Source: Eledone cirrhosa (taxonomy: Eukaryota). From it: 64,000 nucleotides of DNA. The position numbers and the translations under genes were made by a program. How positions within the stretch are numbered: position 1 is the stretch's first letter; each line of letters begins with the position of its first letter. Below are positions 58,731-64,000 of this stretch, one piece after another. A model generated the notes under the pieces. It ran no database searches, was not told the origin of the DNA, and saw nothing but the letters and a program-made list of their open reading frames with translations. The stretch covers positions 16,802,001 through 16,866,000 of the forward strand of contig OZ024750.1 of the NCBI GenBank assembly GCA_964016885.1, written 5' to 3'.

Positions 58731-61700
58731 ACTTTGACTACCACAACGACCATAAGCACGACAACCATCACTATTACCTTGACTAACACAACGACCATAA
58801 GCACGACGACCATCACTATAAACTTGACTACCATAACGACCATAAGCACGACGACCATCACTATTACCCTGACTACCACAACGACCATAAGCACGACGAC
58901 CATCACTATAACCGTGACTACCACAACGACCATCACTATTACCTTGACTACCACAACGACCATAAGCACGACGACCATCACTATTACCTTGACTACCACA
59001 ACGACCATAAGCACGACGACCATCACTATTACCTTGACTACCACAACGACCATCACTATTACCTTGACTACCACAACGACCATAAGCACGACGACCATCA
59101 CTATAACCGTGACTACCACAACGACCATAAGCAAGACGACCATCAATATTACCTTGACTAGCACAACGACCTTAAGCACGACGACCATCACTATTACCTT
59201 GACTACCACAACGACAATCACTATTACCTTGACTACCACAACGACCATAAGCACGACGACCATCAATATAACCGTGACTACCACAACAACCATAAACACG
59301 ACGACCATCACTATTACCTTGACTACCACAACAACCATAAGCACGACGACCATCACTATTACCTTGACTACCACAACTACCATCACTATTACCTTGACTA
59401 CCACAACGACCATAAGCACGACGACCATCACTATAACCTTGACTAACACAACGACCATAAGCACGACGACCATCACTATTACCTTGACTACCACAACGAC
59501 CATCACTATTACCTTGACTACCACAACGACCATAAGCACGACGATCATCACTATAACCTTGACTACCACAACGACCATAAGCACGACGACCATCACTATA
59601 ACCGTGACTACCACAACGACCATAAGCACGACGACCATCACTATAACCTTGACTACCACAACGACCATAAACACGACGACCATCACTATTACCTTGACTA
59701 CCACAACGACCATCACTATTACCTTGACTACCACAACGACCATAAGCACGACGACCATCACTATAACCTTGACTACCACAACGACCATAAGCACGACGAC
59801 CATCACTATAACCGTGACTACCACAACGACCATCACTATTACCTTGACTACCACAATGACCATAAGCACGGCGACCATCACTATTACCTTGACTACCACA
59901 ACAACCATAAGCCCGACGACCATCACTATAACCGTGACTACCACAACGACCATCACTGTTACCTTGACTACCACAACGACCATCACTATTACCTTGACTA
60001 CCACAACGACCATAAGCACGATGACCATCACTATAACCTTGACTACCACAACGACCATAAGCACGACGACCATCACTATTACCTTGACTACCACAACGAC
60101 CATAAACACGACGACCATCACTATAACCTTGACTACCACAACGACCATCACTATTACCTTGACTACCACAACGACCATAAACACGACGACCATCACTATA
60201 ACCATGACTACCACAACGACCATCACTATTACCTTGACTACCACAACGACCATAAGCACGACGACCATCATTATTACCTTGACTACCACAACGACCATCA
60301 CTATTACCTTGACTACCATAACGACCATAAGCACCAACGACCATCACTATGACCTTGACTACCACAACGACCATAAGCACGACACCATCACTATTACCTT
60401 GACTACCACAACGACCATCACTATAACCTTGACTAACACAACGACCATAAGCACGACGACCATCACTATTACCTTGACTACCACAACGACCATCACTATT
60501 ACCTTGACTACCACAACGACCATAAGCACGACGATCATCACTATAACCGTGACTACCACAACGACCATAAGCACGACGACCATCACTATTACCTTGACTA
60601 CCACAACGACCATAAGCACAACGACCATCACTATTACCTTGACTACCACAACGACCATCACTATAACCTTGACTACCACAACGACCATAAGCACGACGAC
60701 CATCACTATTACCTTGACTACCACAACGACCATCACTATTACCTTGACTACCACAACGACCATAAGCACGACGATCATCACTATAACCTTGACTACCACA
60801 ACGACCATAAGCACGACGACCATCACTATAACCGTGACTACCACAACGACCATAAGCACGACGACCATCACTATTACCTTGACTACCACAACGACCATAA
60901 GCACGACGACCATCACTATTACCTTGACTACCACAACGACCATAAGCACGACGACCATCACTATAACCGTGACTACCACAACGACCATCACTATTACCTT
61001 GACTACCACAACGACCATAAGCACGACGACCATCACTATTACCTTGACTACCACAACGACAATCACTATTACCTTGACTACCACAACGACCATAAGCACG
61101 ACGACCATCACTATGACCGTGACTACCACAACAACCATAAACACGACGACCATCACTATTACCTTGACTACCACAACGACCATAAGCACGACGACCATCA
61201 CTATTACCTTGACTACCACAACGACCATCACTATTACCTTGACTACCACAACGACCATAAGCACGACGACCATCACTATCACCTTGACTACCACAACGAC
61301 CATAAGCACGACGACCATCACTATAACCTTGACTACCACAACGACCATAAGCACGACGACCATCACTATTACCTTGACTACCACAACGACCATCACTATT
61401 ACCTTGACTACCACAACAACCATAAGCACGACGACCATCACTATAACCTTGACTACCACAACGACCATAAGCACGACGACCATCACTATAACCTTGACTA
61501 CCACAACGACCATAAACACGACGACCATCACTATTACCTTGACTACCACAACGACCATCACTATTACCTTGACTACCACAACGACCATAAGCACGACGAC
61601 CATCACTATAACCTTGACTACCACAACGACCATAAGCACGACGACCATCACTATAACCGTGACTACCACAACGACCATCACTATTACCTTGACTACCACA

Positions 61701-64000
61701 ATGACCATAAGCACGGCGACCATCACTATTACCTTGACTACCACAACGACCATAAGCACGACGACCATCACTATAACCGTGACTACCACAACGACCATCA
61801 CTATTACCTTGACTACCACAACGACCATCACTATTACCTTGACTACCACAACGACCATAAGCACGACGACCATCACTATTACCTTGACTACCACAACGAC
61901 CATCACTATTACCTTGACTACCACAACGACCATCACTATTACCTTGACTACCACAACGACCATCACTATTACCTTGACTACCACAACGACCATAAACACG
62001 ACGACCATCACTATTACCTTGACTACCACAACGACCATCACTATTACCTTGACTACCACAACGACCATAAACACGACGACCATCACTATTACCTTGACTA
62101 CCACAACGACCATCACTATTACCTTGACTACCACAACGACCATAAGCACGACGACCATCACTATAACCTTGACTACCACAACGACCATAAGCACGACGAC
62201 CATCACTATAACCGTGACTACCACAACGACCATCACTCTTACCTTGACTACCACAATGACCATAAGCACGGCGACCATCACTATTACCTTGACTACCACA
62301 ACGACCATAAGCACGACGACCATCACTATAACCGTGACTACCACAACGACCATCACTATTACCTTGACTACCACAACGACCATAAACACGACGACCATCA
62401 CTATAACCTTGACTACCACAACGACCATCACTATTACCTTGACTACCACAACGACCATCTCTATTACCTTGACTACCACAACGACCATAAACACGACGAC
62501 CATCACTATAACCTTGACTACCACAACGACCATCACTATTACCTTGACTACCACAACGACCTTAAACACGACGACCATCACTATAACCATGACTACCACA
62601 ACGACCATCAATATTACCTTGACTACCACAACGACCATAAGCACGACGACCATCACTATTACCTTGACTACCACAACGACCATCACTATTACCTTGACTA
62701 CCACAACGACCATAAGCACGACGACCATCACTATTACCTTGACTACCACAACGACCATCACTATTACCTTGACTACCACAACGACCATCACTATTACCTT
62801 GACTACCACAACGACCATAAGCACGACGACCATCACTATTACCTTGACTACCACAACGACCATCACTATAACCGTGACTACCACAACGACCATAAGCACG
62901 ACGACCATCACTATTACCTTGACTACCACAACGACCATAAGCACGACGACCATCACTATTACCTTGACTACCAAAAAGACCATCACTATAACCTTGACTA
63001 CCACAACGACCATAAGCACGACGACCATCACTATTACCTTAACTACCACAACGACCATCACTATTACCTTGACTACCACAACGACCATAAGCACGTCGAC
63101 CATCACTATTACCTTGACTACCACAACGAACATAAGCACGACGATCATCACTATAACCTTGACTACCACAACGACCATAAGCACGACGACCATCACTATA
63201 ACCGTGACTACCACAACGACCATAAGCACGACGACCATCACTATTACCTTGACTACCACAACGACCATAAGCACGACGCTCTTCATTATTACCTTGACTA
63301 CCACAACGACCATAAGCACGACGACCATCACTATAACCGTGACTACCACAACGACCATCACTATTACCTTGACTACCACAACGACCATAAACACGACGAC
63401 CATCACTATAACCTTGACTACCACAACGACCATCACTATTACCTTGACTACCACAACGACCATCTCTATTACCTTGACTACCACAACGACCATAAACACG
63501 ACGACCATCACTATAACCTTGACTACCACAACGACCATCACTATTACCTTGACTACCACAACGACCTTAAACACGACGACCATCACTATAACCATGACTA
63601 CCACAACGACCATCAATATTACCTTGACTACCACAACGACCATAAGCACGACGACCATCACTATTACCTTGACTACCACAACGACCATCACTATTACCTT
63701 GACTATCATAACGACCATAAGCACCAACTACCATCACTATAACCTTGACTACCACAACGACCATAAGCACGACACCATCACTATTTCCTTGACTACCACA
63801 ACGACCATCACTATAACCTTGACTACCACAACGACCATAAGCAAGACGACCATCACTATTACCTTGACTACCACAACGACCATCACTATTACCTTGACTA
63901 CCACAACGACCATAAGCACGACGACCATCACTATTACCTTGACTACCACAACGACCATCACTATTACCTTGACTACCACAACGACCATAAGCACGACGAC
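58731..64000. repeat. Large compound minisatellite of 15-bp modules (30- and 45-bp units), continues past window end
   Basis: Modules ACGACCATCACTATT, ACCTTGACTACCACA and ACGACCATAAGCACG in XY / ZXY order. Confidence 0.97.

Noticed and set aside
58655-63727. 560-aa and 1122-aa Val-rich ORFs and the 402-aa GRCGSQGNSD ORF on the minus strand
   Set aside because: By-products of a period-15 repeat; broken by the indel pairs or stops; no unique domains.

Overview
Repeat-saturated animal genomic DNA: AT-rich, with dense (TA)n/(CA)n/(TAG)n/(GGT)n microsatellites. The SINE families look, from memory, like those of octopod cephalopods. Almost the whole ORF track is microsatellite noise. The window is mostly intronic sequence of one minus-strand gene, single-minded (sim; bHLH-PAS). 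Seven internal exons can be read, all with canonical GT/AG sites: 51422-51498, 35109-35197, 20420-20528, 19255-19340, 7234-7433, 5924-6030 and 1569-1716. They encode the linker, PAS-A, PAS-B and PAC regions. The bHLH exon and the 3' exons were not found and probably lie outside the window. The PAS-A exon at 35109-35197 has a 1-bp deletion frameshift, about 1.2 kb from a 200-N scaffold gap. The introns contain tRNA-derived SINEs that often insert into their own 3' ends, hAT and Tc1/mariner-type MITEs, RTE-LINE 3' ends and a >5 kb 15-bp-module minisatellite. They also contain a series of short fold-back (hairpin) inserts in (TA)n tracts, many with hammerhead-ribozyme-like cores, interpreted as Penelope-like retroelement remnants.
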